Source: the human T2T-CHM13v2.0 reference genome, Homo sapiens
Reading direction: 5' to 3' (one strand)
Assembly: GCF_009914755.1 (NCBI RefSeq)
Contig: NC_060936.1
Length of the DNA stretch: 64,000 nucleotides
A model generated the notes under the pieces. The model worked only from the letters and a program-made list of their open reading frames with translations. It was not told the origin of the DNA and did no database searches. The translations under genes were made by a program, and so were the position numbers. The first letter of the stretch is position 1, and each line of letters starts with the position of its first letter. This document shows positions 15,686 through 34,489 of this stretch, one piece after another.

Positions 15686-16266
15686 TTATGAGCAACGTCT
15701 TCTTAATGTAAGTTACTCACTCCTGAAAGTTAGACTTTCCGCATAAAATGCAATCTCATGATTTTAAAGTATTAAAACCATAATGTATTACCAAACATAA
15801 TAACTAAAACACAACAGAAAGCTGTATGCAAGTAATAAACGATTATGTCAGGGTGCAAAATGCTTTGTGACAACCAAACAATTAATACAAATGTTGACAA
15901 GGGTTTGTTTTGTCAGTAGTTTCACCTGTTGGCACCAGAAAAAAATCTGAGGGTACATTTTCTTTGTTGAGATTCTTTAAAATGCCTCCACATGATTCTG
16001 ACATTTTCTAAATTGTAATTGGAATGCATTCAAGATTTTCCCACACATTGTTTTGTTAATGTTTGTTTAAAATGTTGTGTTAAAATATTTGTTAACATAC
16101 TTTGCTAAAGTGTTAAAAAAGGTTTTATTGAATTGGGTTTTGTCAATGTAGATATAATTTTTCCTATGTAATGTTCATGTGAAAACCATTGTTTTGAGAG
16201 ACATGTACATTCCTCAAGGTCTGGCTTAAAGTCAAGAGGTACTTTTTCTCCAGGAAAGTGTTAACT

Positions 16267-17140
16267 TATTGCGGGATCTGGCCAGCAGGCTGCAATGCAA
16301 CAGGGCTCTCTCTTTGTTTGCAGGCGGATTGGCAGGTTGAGAAATAACAGACACACACAAGATAGTGAAAGTTGGGTCCAGGGGGGTAACCACCTTCTGG
16401 TCCCATGGTGCCACCAATGCACTGTATATACCAACATTTATTATTAAGTTTGGTGAGGGTGGGGGTAGGTTAGTGAGGGATTTAAAGTCATTTGATTATG
16501 AGGTGAGATGGTCATATGGGGATGAAGTAATTCTTTAACATAACATCTGTATGCAGAAGTACAGTATACAGAGATAAGAATTTACAATATAGTGTGTGCA
16601 TCAGTAATTCCTAATAGAGCCTTAAAACAGAAACACAATCTTTCCATAACCTATGGTTAGCAAGGTATTAATCAGCAGTAACAGTTGCAGCAAAAGCTGG
16701 TTACAAACAGTCCATAGGAACAGGATGTGAAGCTAGACAACTGGTTAGACCAGAAATTCTCAGAAGGGAGTCTGCCTTAACACTAAAGAGGCCTAGAAGT
16801 GCCATGGCAAGATGAGGGCGTTTATAGCCCTATCTTATCCATATGAACAGGCGCCTCTCATGTGTCCGTTTATAGGCTCTCCACAAGGGTCGCATTCCAT
16901 TCCCAGAGCTATGAACATCTGCTTTTCTGGGATAGGAATCTTGGTGATGTGAAACCTCCCTGACTGCATGTCCATTCATAGGCTCTCTGCAGGGGGAAGC
17001 ACATCATGTGCTATTGGCTCATTCTGGCTATCCAGCCTGGCATTGTCTTTACACAATCCTGCATGCAATTTTGTATTTACAATAATCAGGAGCATTTCAT
17101 CTTTTATTCCATAGCAATAGTTTCAGGGGGTCTCCCTACA
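16267..17140 (-). mobile_element. ERVK solo LTR, MER11D-like (HML-7)
   Basis: 874 bp. Minus strand starts TGTAGGGAGACCCCCTGAAACTATTGC. Perfect 6-bp TSD TTAACT at 16261-16266 and 17141-17146, typical of class II ERVs. Confidence 0.85.
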
Positions 17141-17170
17141 TTAACTAAGATGTTCTGCAGGTTATACCTG

Positions 17171-17605
17171 TATTTTGAGGATCCTGCCAACAGGATTTCC
17201 TGATGGATTGGGGTTGGAATGAGAGAGAAATACAAGAGTTAGGAATGACTCTAAGATATTTGGCCTAAGAAAACAGGACCAGTAGAATTGCCATCATATG
17301 AGATGGGGAAGGTTGTGGGATGAAGCATATTTGAGTGGGGGTACACTTCAAGATTTCTATTTTGGATTCATTGTGTTAGAAATACCTACTAATATCTAAT
17401 AGAGATGCAAAGTACATGAATATTTTAGTATGGAACATAGAAAAAACATTTTGAGTTAGGGATATTAATTTGATACTCTGGTATATACTTAGCATTTAAA
17501 ATTTTTGGTGATCAGAAAACCAAGAATGAAATATAGAAAAGAAAAGAACTAAACCCTGAGCATGCTAACATTCAACTGCCTGCACAAGAAAAGGAACCAT
17601 GAAAG
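17171..17605 (-). mobile_element. L2 continuation
   Basis: TATTTTGAGG...GCCAACAGGATTTCCTGATGGATTGG...GAATGACTCTAAGATATTTGGCC. Confidence 0.75.
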
Positions 17606-17610
17606 GAGGC

Positions 17611-18275
17611 TCTGGTAGGCAAAACAATGTCTCTGAGCCTTCATCTATTTTCTGCTGCTATAGCAGAATATCACAGACTGGGTATTTTATAAAGAAAAGA
17701 AGTGTATTTCTTATAGTTCTAGGGGCTGGGAAGTCTAAGATCAAGGGGACACATCTGGTAAGCTGCATCATAATGTGGCATGACTTGAGGCATGATAAGA
17801 CAGAAGGAGAATACAAGCCAAATGTCTCTTCCTCTTTTTATAAAGCCTCTAATCTCATCATGGGGGCCTCACCCTTATGACCTCATCTAACTCTATTACC
17901 TCCCAAAGGCCCCATCTTCAAATACCATCAACATATGAATTTGAAGATTAAGTTTCCAACACATGAACTTTGGGGAGGCATTCAAAACATAGCACTCCTC
18001 CCAAATGTCTACATGCTAACCTCAAGAACCTGTGGCTGTGACATGACACAATATAAAGTGGAATTAATGTTACAGATGGATTTATGGTTATCAACCACTG
18101 ACTTTAAAATCAGGAGGCTATACTGGACTAGCCAGGGAGTTCCAAAAAGTCTAAGCAGGAGGCAGAAGAGTCAGTGTGACAGTGATACACAGTGGGAGGG
18201 CTTGACCAGCCATTACTGGCTTCAAAGATGGAAGGGAGCCATAAGCCAAGCATTGTGGGTAGCCTGTAAAAATGA
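17611..18275 (+). mobile_element. MLT1D-like LTR fragment split by an MST LTR
   Basis: TGGTAGGCAAAACAATG at ~17613 continues as CCCAAATGTCTACATGCTAA...GACTTTAAAATCAGGAG after 17994. Confidence 0.6.
17636..17994 (-). mobile_element. MSTC/MSTD-like MaLR LTR
   Basis: TGCTGCTATAGCAGAATATCACAGACTGGGT...GTTTCCAACACATGAACTTTGGGG...CAAAACATAGCA. Confidence 0.8.
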
Positions 18276-19981
18276 GATAACAATGCCTACCTCTATTGTG
18301 GGGTTTTTCAGTCTGGATTTTATATTGGAAGCATCTTGGAAATTTTAAAAGTAACTCATGCCACCATACCACCAAGCCCAGTGTTCTGAGATTGTTGTTT
18401 TTCTTACTTATTAAGAATCTCTTCATAATTCTAATGTGCAACTAGGATTTGGAGGAGATTGCTCTACAGGGGTGCTATGAGAATTACCTGAGCAAATCTA
18501 CCTAAGGTACTTAGAAAACACTCACTAAGTGCTCAATTCATATTGGTCTATTTTAATCATCATTATGTTACAGTTGAGTAAATTAAACTTGGAGAGATAA
18601 AGAAACTTGGCTAAGACCATAACTGATAATTGGCAGCATCAGATCTAACTTCAAATGTATTTATTCCAATAACTGAATCAGCATACAGAAACAGAAGAAA
18701 GATAATAAAAAATATTTTCTTTTCAAATAAAAGTTTTATTAATAGTCTGTTATTAAACAGTAAAAATGTTATTTGCATACTTTCTAGTTTTCTTTTAAAA
18801 TTTCAATATTTCACAATTAAGATTTAAAATAAGTTCAAATATACGGAGACAGCTTCTGCAAAGTCCATTTTACCCCATCTCCCTGAAAGTGTTGTGTTAT
18901 CAGATTGTATGTTTCGAAAATTACTTTCCCAAAAGGGAATTATGGTGGAAGTGAACCAACTCAAATACCAGCACTGCCATTTACTAGCTGGTGGATGTAC
19001 ATCCTTAATAATGAACATAAAATAATAACAATAGCTAAAATGTATTGGAAACTTGCAGAGAACTTCATGTGTGATAACTTAATCTTCTCAACAGTCCTAA
19101 GAATTAGGTATTTTTATTGCTCCATTTTTTTCAGATGTGAACCACTCTGAACCAGTCACCTTGTCTGTAAAATGCAGAGAAACACATAATACCACAGAAA
19201 CATTGCAGATTGAAAGATAATATGGTGTTTTTAATAAAACAAACCAGAGTCTGTGGCTATTTAGGGGACCAAAAGCTGCAAGAAAGATGCTTAAAATGAC
19301 ACTTGCTAGTGGTGAAGGAGAGTTAATTTAATCTGAACGTGTGGGGGAAAAAAAACTTCCAGCAAAAGGAAATATTTTCCTAGAAACAAGTTTACTTTGC
19401 CTTTCAGAACTCACTGTTTGTATCTGAACATCCAGAGGAAGTTTGCGCTTCAAGTAGAAAGTAGGCCAAGGCAGCAACAACTACTAGATGTGGCCATGTT
19501 TCCATGAATGCAGAAAAAAAGGGCACTGGAGTTGGAGCTAATGGCAGAGGGTGAAGGTGGCTCCATGGAGGAAAAGGATGATGGCAGTTGACGCTGACAT
19601 GAACCTGAAGGGGGATTTCTGGTCACTTTTCAAAGTTAAGCATTAAAAAAAGTTTTTTTCTGGATTTGGTCCTTGAAAAGCATTAACTTCCTCTCACTAA
19701 TGATGGGCCCAGCGTGGGTTGGGAGAATATTTTATTTTATTTTATTTTATTTTATTTTTTTATTTTTTATTTTTTATTATACTTTTAAGTTTTAGGGTAC
19801 ATGTGCACATTGTGCACGTTAGTTACATATGTATACATGTGACATGCTGGTGCGCTGCACCCACTAACTCGTCATCTAGCATTAGGTGTATCTCCCGATG
19901 CTATCCCTCCCCCCTCCCACCACCCCACAACAGTCCCCAGAGTGTGATATTCCCCTTCCTGTGTCCATGTGACCTCATTGT

Positions 19982-22101
<2,120 letters not shown>

Positions 22102-22309
22102 TGAATATAGAAGCAAGTATTTCCCAAAGATTCATACACCAATATACAAACAAAGGGCAATGATAGTAGCTGATATGAAAAAGCTTTTACAGTCTGAGTT
22201 GTCCGAGAGTTCTCAGTTTCAATGTTCATCCTATATCCTTACTATTTATTTTGTGTGTTGTTACTTTTGATAAATTTAACCCACAAATACAACTTTTTAT
22301 AAGAGTGCA

Positions 22310-22673
22310 TGTATTAGTCCATTTTCACGCTGCTGATAAAGACATACCCAAGGCTGAGCAATTTACAAAAGAAAGAGGTTTAATTGGACTTGCAGTTCCA
22401 CATGGCTGGGAAAGCCTCACAGTCGTGTCAGAAGGCAAGGAGGAGCAAGTCAGATCTTACATGGATGGTGGCAGGTAAAAAAAAACGAGAGAGAGCTTGT
22501 GCAGAGGAATGCCTCTTTTTAAAACCATCAGATCTTGTGAGACTTATTCACTATCACAAAAACAGCACAAGAAAGACTTGCCCCCGTTATTCAATTACCT
22601 CCCACCAGGTCCCTCCCAAAACATGTGGGAATTCAAGATGAGATTTGGGTGGGGACACAGCCAAACCATATCA
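22310..22673 (-). mobile_element. THE1A/B solo LTR
   Basis: TGTATTAGTCCATTTTCACGCTGCTGATAAAGAC...CAGCCAAACCATATCA. Confidence 0.93.
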
Positions 22674-24554
22674 CTGCGTATACCTCATTTCAAATAAAAA
22701 ATGTTGAAAGCAGAAATATGCTGTCTGACATTATGCCACAAAGTAATTATACAGAAAATATTTCTGTAAAATAATATGGAGATGGATGTTAAATAATATG
22801 CATATTAAGGAGCTTTTATTATGATTAGAGATGATGCAGACAAAGCATGTAACAGTCATTTACATTTTTATAGCACCTAAGGGATACAGTTGTTAATATT
22901 ATTAGATGGAAAGTGTCATTTCAAGTACAGCAGAATTGATAATGGCCAAAATTTGTCTTGTAAGTATAATAAAACCATAAAGTCCAATTTCCCAAAAAAA
23001 TAAACACAAATAACAAAAAAAAATCTTCCTTGAGAAAGATCATATCTGGAAATAAATTGAACAAGAAATTCTATGCCAAAACATCAAAGCAGTACTTGTC
23101 CTTATGTTAGGCACCTCTAACCTTCTAGGCACATCTTTAATGGGTCCTCCACACAGTCTCATGTGTTTATCAATGCCTTTTCCATTGAAATCTTACTTAT
23201 AAAAACTGACACGATGCAAGTCTGTTTAGGCTCCATCAGAGTAAATCTAGTATGCAAAGTACCAACATCCTTACTTGAGTTATAAATTTATCCTCATTTG
23301 CCAAGTGCAAAACTATTGAAATATACATTCTCTATCATGCATGTAAATATTCTTCCAACATTTGTATAAAAACGTTTGACAGTTTAAAATTTTTATGTCC
23401 CTTTTTTACTTTAGACACCATATTCAGTGTTATTCAGTTCAGATATAAATTGTGAATAAAGTGTTAAAATTCACTCTATGCATTTACAAAGTCATAACAC
23501 CCTTTCCCCATGCTATCATGTTTCCAGTCACAGCAGTTACTGTGATTGCTCATGCAAAAGCCTGCACCTGTGACTACTTACAAAAATCATACATTGGTAT
23601 GTACTATGAATCAGAATATTCATGAGCTATGCATGATATTTTTTTTAAAACTAATGCAAAACTGAGAGGCTGTAGAAAAAGCCCACTACTTGCCTGTAAT
23701 AGCCTGTCAAAGAAACACACAATTTGGCCTTTCCTTATCTCCTATAGGTATCATTTTTAGGATGTGATGCTTTTGTCAAAGATAAGATAGCAAGTTTATA
23801 TTCACACTGTCATCTCTCATCAGTATTCTGCAGGATTTTTTTCACCTTAGAAGAATCACTGTCACTTTTCGCATTTTAGCACCCAGCCATCAACTTTTTC
23901 ATATATGCAATCACATCAGGAACTTCTTCATCTGCATGTGTCAAAAGGAAAATGTAAAAGATGTATATTTCATGACATAATAACATTGTACAAATTTCAT
24001 AATGGAATTCTGCAACCTTTGGAGAAATTTTTTATCAGACTGATCCAATAGCTGGGTCTTTCCCATATGCGAGTATGCTGCTTTATTGTTCATTTCCAAC
24101 TTAATTTTTTGTCAAATTATCCCTTTCCATGGCATGTCTTTATCAGAAGTTACCTTATAAGGTGTCTTTATTTCTTTACCTCTGCATTTAGTTAAAACTG
24201 TAATTTTTATGTTGAATATTAAAAGATAAAAGGGAATTCAAAATTATTCAAAGTATAACCTATTTAACCTAATATAAAATTCCAGTTTGAACAAAAAGTG
24301 TATTATTTTTACATGAAGAACATGGCTTCAGAAAATCTTAGCTGATCTGATCTATCTTATCAGACCTAGAATCTGATCATCAAGACTGCTATGGACTGTT
24401 GCAGACGGTGTATACTTAATAACCACTAAAGGACAAGATAAACCTGGCATATAAACCAGATGCCTGGCCTCTAGAGCCAAGCATCATAGGATTTTTGTGA
24501 ATGTTGAAATTATGCCCATCAAGTTCCCAACCCAAAGGTTGGCATATAAGACGT

Positions 24555-25058
24555 GTATTTTTATTCGTTTCCTATTGTTGCTGTAAAAAATTACCATAAA
24601 ATCAGTGTTTTAAGACTACGTAAATTTATTCTTTTACAGTTCTAGAGGTTGGAAGTTCAAATCAGTTTCACTGGATAAAGTCAAGTTGTCAGTAGGGTAG
24701 TTCCTTCTGTAAAGGAATTTGTCTTTTTTTCTTGCCTTTTCTGGCCTTTAGAGCTACAGGCCTCACAGTCCACTGGTTCATGGTGCCCTCCTCCATCTTC
24801 AAAGCTAGCAGCAAGCTTCTTCAAATCTCTCTCTGCCTCCATAATTACATCATTTTATATCTCTCTGAGCTCCTGACTCCCTCTTATAAGATCCCTTTTG
24901 ATCTCCTCAGACCCCCCTAAATAATCCAGGATAATCTTCCCACTTCAAGATTCTTAATCACATCTGCAAAGTCCTTTTTGCCATATGAAGTAATATATTC
25001 ACACATTACGGGGATTAGAACATGGACATCTTAGGGGGCCACTTTTCAGCCTACATCA
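24555..25058 (-). mobile_element. MLT1D-like solo LTR
   Basis: TTTCCTATTGTTGCTGTAA...ATAATCCAGGATAATCT...GGGATTAGAACATGGACATCTT...CAGCCTACATCA. Confidence 0.8.
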
Positions 25059-25115
25059 GTGGTCGATAAATAACATTTATTATTTCCAGCAATAGTAAAT
25101 AAATTGAATGGTCAG

Positions 25116-25171
25116 GTGGTGGTGGTAGTAGTAGGAGGGGGAGGAGGAGGAGGATGAGGAATAGGAGGAGG
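25116..25171. repeat. (GGT)n/(AGT)n/(GGA)n simple repeat
   Basis: Directly visible. Confidence 0.8.
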
Positions 25172-26619
25172 AAAAAAGTTATAGCTGAAGACCCTGTATA
25201 ATTTTTTTTTTAATGTTGCCTCTCTGCACAAATCTTTCAGATCAGCCTACGATGGGAAACAGATTTCTCAGCTTCATTTCAATCCTTTGATTTTAGTATG
25301 TCTTGGACAGCTAGTATATTAATCCATCAAGTTTCAACATGATTTAATAAAGAGATAATGTAAATAAGAGTGATAAATGCTTCCTCTTTATATCACTGGT
25401 GCCCAGTAAATCCTTGAAGTAATGATGCACGAAATGAGTGCATTTTTATGGGAAAGAGGAAGAAATGAAAATGGAAAGATACATATTATAATGTGTTATC
25501 TTAAGAGATAGGATACATAAGAACAAGTAGGAAGAGGAGGAGAAAAAGGAAGGAGGGAAAAGAGGCTATTTACTGGCTTACAATGTCTAGGCTCTCTTTT
25601 TAACACATTGATTCTCTTAATAATCACAGCTTTATAAAGTAGGTACTATTATTCCAATTTTACAAATAAAGGAACTGAAACAATGAGCCATATTGTTTTG
25701 GACCTGGTATATACTCCAGGTGCCTAATGAGCAGTAAGCCCCAATAGAAACCTGTGGCTTGTCAAGGGGCAGCATTTCTCTCTAAACTCTAAACTCCTGC
25801 AGCACACAAAGGGGAGTTGTCACTGCCTGTGGGGAGTAAGAGAGAGAAGATGCAATCAGTTTTTTAGTGTTGGGACCTCACTTACCTTTCTAAATTTGAT
25901 GATTTCACTAAGTTCCTTTTATCTGAGATGGGATGGGAGAGAGGAAGGAACATAAAAACTGAAATATTCTAGTGAATATTTCAGTTGTTTATTTGATTAA
26001 AATTACTTCTTTTTTTAGGTCTGAAAGTTAATAAATGTGCTTTATAGGAAATTTGTAAAATGTGGAAATGTGCAAAATAAAAAAAATAATCTTCTTTTTA
26101 AATATAGAATTAAGAAGCTTGGTATCCTGATTATTTTCTGAAGATATAAGTTATCATTGGTGAAATTTAAATAGAAGTGGGTCTGAAGGCAGGCATTCAG
26201 TAGTCTTTATAATTTGAAATTTGGGAAGATCACGGTACTCTGAGAATTTGATGAAAACTAGAAGAATGCACTCTAATGCAATATAATAATTTCAGGGGTT
26301 TTTATTTACAACCTTTCTCATATTCATCTGAGGCTAAAAACCTTTACTCTAGATAATTAAAATCATCTCCACCAGACTCTGCAATGGAAACCTGGAACAC
26401 TGCCATCACTTGGCGTTATTATTTTCACAACAGAACACCAAATGGTCTTATTTTAATAGAAAAAGATTTTCAATGTTCCCAATTATACTATTTTAGAAGA
26501 ATATAGCTTTTTGTTAAATGTGGATTTTATATGCTCATCTCTATGAGAAAGTTATGAAAAATGAAGTAGAATGCTAAGAAAGAAGTAGTTAAATTTGAGG
26601 ATTACATTAGATTGCTTTA

Positions 26620-28000
26620 GTAGTTTGTTTAAAAAGTGGTGTTTTCTTATTTTAATGTAATGTATTCTCATTATGGCAAATATGGAAAGTATAAAAAGTG
26701 CAAAGAAGGAAAAATTAAACACACTCTAACAAATTAATAATAAACTTTATTATAAATTATTTTGCCTTCTCTTTTTATATGTAAATAATTGAAATTATAT
26801 TATACATAATTTTTGTTATGCATTTTAAATTAAATATATACCATCAGCATTTCTTCATGTCATTAAATATTCTCTGAAGTCATTTTTAATAATATTGTTT
26901 AATATAAAAGTATTATGATTTATTTAAACAATGTCAATTCATTTGTACCCTATATTACACATATGTGTACTGTGTTTCTATTTACAGATAAAGATTCACG
27001 TAGGTCTCTAGAAATGGAATTACACCAACACTCTATTAGAGAATCCACCTATTGTGTCCTCTTATAAAATGTTTAGTTTTCAATTTTGTTTTTACCTGTA
27101 TGTCTAGATGAAATAAAAGTTAAAGAATCTTCCTTTGAACCAAGACACACAGTTCCCTTCCCCTGAATTATTTAGTAGAAACAAATTCTACTGATCTTTC
27201 TAGGAATTTCCATTTTGTATATACTTATTGGGATAGTATTTTCCCTTCTACCTGCCTTTCCTTTCTTCCTCCTTTGACTCCTCCTTTCTTTGTTCCAACT
27301 AGATAAAAAGAGATAATATTTAATCTTTCATGCCTTACCATTTGCAATTAATATATCATGAAGTTCTTTTCAACTCTGAACAAATAAATCAACTTCTTTT
27401 GTTTTCATGACTGCTGATTGCTAAATTTATAAGCTACCATGATTTATAGAATTAATTTCAATTTTAGGCCTTAAAGTTGTTTAAAATCTTGCTTTGTTAC
27501 GTAACTATAAATTAACATCTTTGTATATGTGTCTTTGTACAAATATATAAATGTATCTGCAGGTTAAATTACAACTGTTCTAGCAAAAGGCAAGATTTTG
27601 ATTCATGTTATACAGTATGCCTCCAAAAAATGTGCATCAATTTATATTTCTACTAACAGTATGTGAGAGTTCATACTTCTCCAGGTCAATACTGAATTAA
27701 TTTATTGAAATTGTCTTTGAATAAGAACCTTGACTGGTCTTTTGTATTGCTATAGGTCACTCATTTTTTTCTGATTTTATTTTCATATTTTTATTGGCTA
27801 GTTTTTTCCTTACTGATTTATCAGAGCTCAATGTATAGCAAAAAAGTTATAAACTACAACAAAACATCCCTTTATAATGTGTATCACAAAGTATTTTAAG
27901 CTTTACTTGTTTGGGTGTTTTTTATGGCAATTTTTGTTTTTATTGTTGCTGCTTTTATTTCAGTTTCATGTTATCAGTTTTATCATTATTCTTGTCTATG
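26620..28000 (-). mobile_element. Ancient L1ME/L1MC fragments
   Basis: T-rich antisense L1M-like motifs, e.g. CAATTTATATTTCTACTAACAGTATGTGAGAGTTC. Boundaries are approximate. Confidence 0.45.
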
Positions 28001-28005
28001 GCTTA

Positions 28006-29803
<1,798 letters not shown>

Positions 29804-29866
29804 TATGATGTTGGCTGGTTATTTTGCTCATTAGTTGATGCAGTTTCTTCCTAGTCTCAATGGTCT

Positions 29867-31073
<1,207 letters not shown>

Positions 31074-32570
31074 ACAATGAGAACACATGGACACAGGAAG
31101 GGGAACATCACACTCTGGTGACTGTTGTGGGGGGGGAAGGGGGGAGGGATAGCATTGGGAGTTATACCTAATGCTAGAGGACGAGTTAGTGGGTGCAGCG
31201 CACCAGCATGGCACACATATACATATGTAACTAACCTGCACATTGTGCACACGTACCCTAAAACTTAAAGTATAATAATAATAAAAAATAAATAAATAAA
31301 TAAATAAAAGAAAATAAAGAGATAAAGAATTATAATGAAGCACTGAACATATACTGCTGAGTTATGAAATAAAACAGAAGCCATTTCCTGGAACATTGCA
31401 TAGTAGGAAATTCAATGTATCAATTTGAAGCTAGGCACATGTTTAATCAAAAACTAACAGCAAAGGCTAATTTTTTCTACCTCAGCTCCCTGGCCATAAG
31501 GTCTCTACACTGTTCAATAGATTCTTGGACTAATTGGCATCAGCTCCTTCTCAAAGTTTTAACTTAAGTTACTTCATTTTTGAAGCCTGTGGACCTTCCC
31601 TTTGTGTTTCAAGTTTGGCTACATTTTTAAGAGTTTTGTTTTAAGTTTCAGTATGTTTCATCTATGAGCATGTGTGATGGAGACGTATGAGGTAACTTGA
31701 TAAATATATGTTAAATTTAGTTAACATATATACCAAAATATTCTGATTTTCAAAAATAGGCATATGAGAAGTAGAATAATTGGTTTGTTAATTTATAAAA
31801 ACTCCAAGTATTTTTATGTAAATTTTGAAGTTGAAAGCCAAGTATTTTTAGTTAGGATTTGGTGAAGACAACAAAACTATAAGAAGAATAATTAAACAGA
31901 CATAATGGAATTATAACTCCTTTAGTTAATAGTTACAATAGTTACAATATATGACTACATAAAAGCTCAATAAAGACAATTATCTGGGATAAATGATATT
32001 CCAAGCTTATGCCTAGGCTACATGACCCAATTTACCCACAATGTGTAAATATTTGAAGATGATCAATTAACTGAAAAACTATAATGAAACTTAATGCTCC
32101 TTCCCTAACCCCAGATACTCTTCTATCCTCAGCTGAAAAGACCCATTTGAAATCACCCCATAAATATGATTTTCCTAAGCTCACGGTTCATGGAAAACTC
32201 CCATTATAAGTCTCATTGAAGAGTAAATCAAAATAAAACAGAAAACATTTCAGGCCACACACAGAAATAAACTACCAAAATAGGGGAATTAGTAATGCAA
32301 CAATGGAACCACATACACCAGAAAAATGTGATAAAGATTATAAAAGTAAATATGCTTAAAATGTCCAAAGTAATTGCAAAAATAAGAGGACAATATTTTT
32401 AAAGCAAGCAAAGTTCTAAAACAACAGTATAATAAATATTCAAATAAGAACAGAAGCCAATAAAACAGATACACAATGTGTCAATAATACACTAAATTTA
32501 GACAATGAGATAAAGACAAATGATTAATTAGAAGCTGAACAATCCTTTACCGTCCCTCTTCCCCTCTTCA

Positions 32571-32875
32571 ATTATTATTATTATTATTTTTTGAGACAGG
32601 GTCTCTGTTACCCAGGCTGGAGTTCAGTGGTGTGACCATAGCTCACTGCAGCTTAGAACATCTGAGCCAAAGCCATCCTCCTGTATCAGCCTGATCAGCA
32701 GCTAGGACTACAGGTGCATGCCACTATGCCTGCATAATTTTTTTGTTTCAATTTTTTTAGAGATAGGATCTTGCTGTGTTGCCCAGGATGGTCTCAAACT
32801 CTTGGCTCCAAGCAAGCCTCCCACCTCAGCCTCCCAAAGTGCTGAAATTACAGGCATGAGCCACTGCACCCAGCC
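32571..32875 (-). mobile_element. AluJ with (ATT)n tail
   Basis: Antisense dimer with J-type ATAGCTCACTGCAGC. Confidence 0.92.
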
Positions 32876-33049
32876 TCTTGCAATGATGTTTGAGCCCACG
32901 TATACAGTCACGATGTGGGGATTGCTGGCCAAGGGAGCTGCCACACCAGAAACATTTACTTTGTACTTTGCATGAGTGAGAAATGTCTTTTGTGTATGTA
33001 AAGAAATTAATATTTTACAAATAGCATCTGACATTAGTTACTATTAATG

Positions 33050-33950
33050 TATGAGAAATCATAATCAGATGATGAAGAACAGGACCAGACCACCAGTTGG
33101 ATGAGAATGGGGCAGAGGAAAGAGTCAGAGGTGACTCTGGATTTTCTGGTAATATGACTATGAAGGATATCCTAACTAGTGTGATACCCAGAAATCATTG
33201 CCTTTTACTAGGTTAGAGAATATAAGAAAATTAGATTTTAAGGTAGTGGTGCCAGACATGTTCAATTGTAAATATAATGTGATTATAGTTCTTATGGGAA
33301 AGCCAAGAGACAGTTAACAATACTGATCTGATTACAGGACAAAGCTATGCTTCAGGACTTTTAATCTGACAGCAGTACTATCTGAAAGATATCATTGACT
33401 AGAGATGGGCGACTAAATTGGAGGTGGAGGGCAATAAAACAGTTTAAGCAAGACATATGAAGGCATAAACCAGTGTGTGGCACTTAAAATAAAGAAAATA
33501 TGAGTGGGCATTTTATAATGCAGACTTCTAGGCTTTTCAATTTATAGATTGTGAGTGGCAAGAAATTGAGAAAAAAATTAACTTCATAGACTGTAGGGCT
33601 ATAGGTCAAAGACAATATTGAGGCATTGAGCTCAAGTGACAAAGAAGCTGGTGCCACCATTCACAAAAAAGGGAAATGAAGATACTGGAACAATTATTAG
33701 TAGACAGGTATGATTAAGTCATCAGCGAAAGATTGACGTGGAGATGCCTATCAGTATGTGTGGAACAGGATTTCAGAAAACGGCCGATTTCACAATTAAG
33801 AGATGTGAGTGTCCAAATAGATGCAATAATTGTGCAATAGCAGAAGGTATTTAATATATCCAAAATATAGTATAGACAGAGTAAAGGATGTAGGACAGGA
33901 GAAAAAAGACCAGATTACGAGGAACATACCTGATAGAAAAGATAATAAAC
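33050..33950 (-). mobile_element. Degenerate L2 fragments
   Basis: AGAGTCAGAGGTGACTCTGGATTTTCTGG and similar L2 motifs. Boundaries are approximate. Confidence 0.45.
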
Positions 33951-33984
33951 ATGATATGACAGTCACTGTGAGAAAAATACAGTA

Positions 33985-34210
33985 ACCAACACTGTGTGAC
34001 AGTCACTGTTCTGAACACTATGCATACATTAATTCATTTAATTCTCCACTCAAATATAAGAGGTAGGTGTTATTATTAGCTTCACTGCACAGAATAAGAA
34101 GCAGAGAACTTTAAGCAACTTCCTTAGGGTAACACCGCTAGTAAAACCTGGATCTAGGATTTGAACTCAGGCTTTTCACTTCAAGAATCTGATCTCTTAA
34201 ATCATTGAGC
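33985..34210. mobile_element. MIR
   Basis: ATTAATTCATTTAATTCTC...GAGGTAGGTGTTATTATT...GGATTTGAACTCAGGC. Confidence 0.7.
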
Positions 34211-34489
34211 AATGGTTGCTCTTTTAAAGTAAGGGAAAGGAGAGGGGAATACAATGCCAAAGACATTGCAGTGAGCCTTTCAAAAAGTAGTGGATTGCAA
34301 AATAATCTACAAGGCAGATAACTCAAGAGGCATGCAGAGTAAAACAACAACTATAATGTTGGAGAGTTATGAGAAAAATTTATTTCTGTGGTCAAGGAAG
34401 ATGCTAAAATGAAGAGGGGGTGCAGAATGAACATTTTACAAGTAAGCACTCAAGAGGTAAAGTCTTTTGAGTGTAGAAACTCAAAATAT

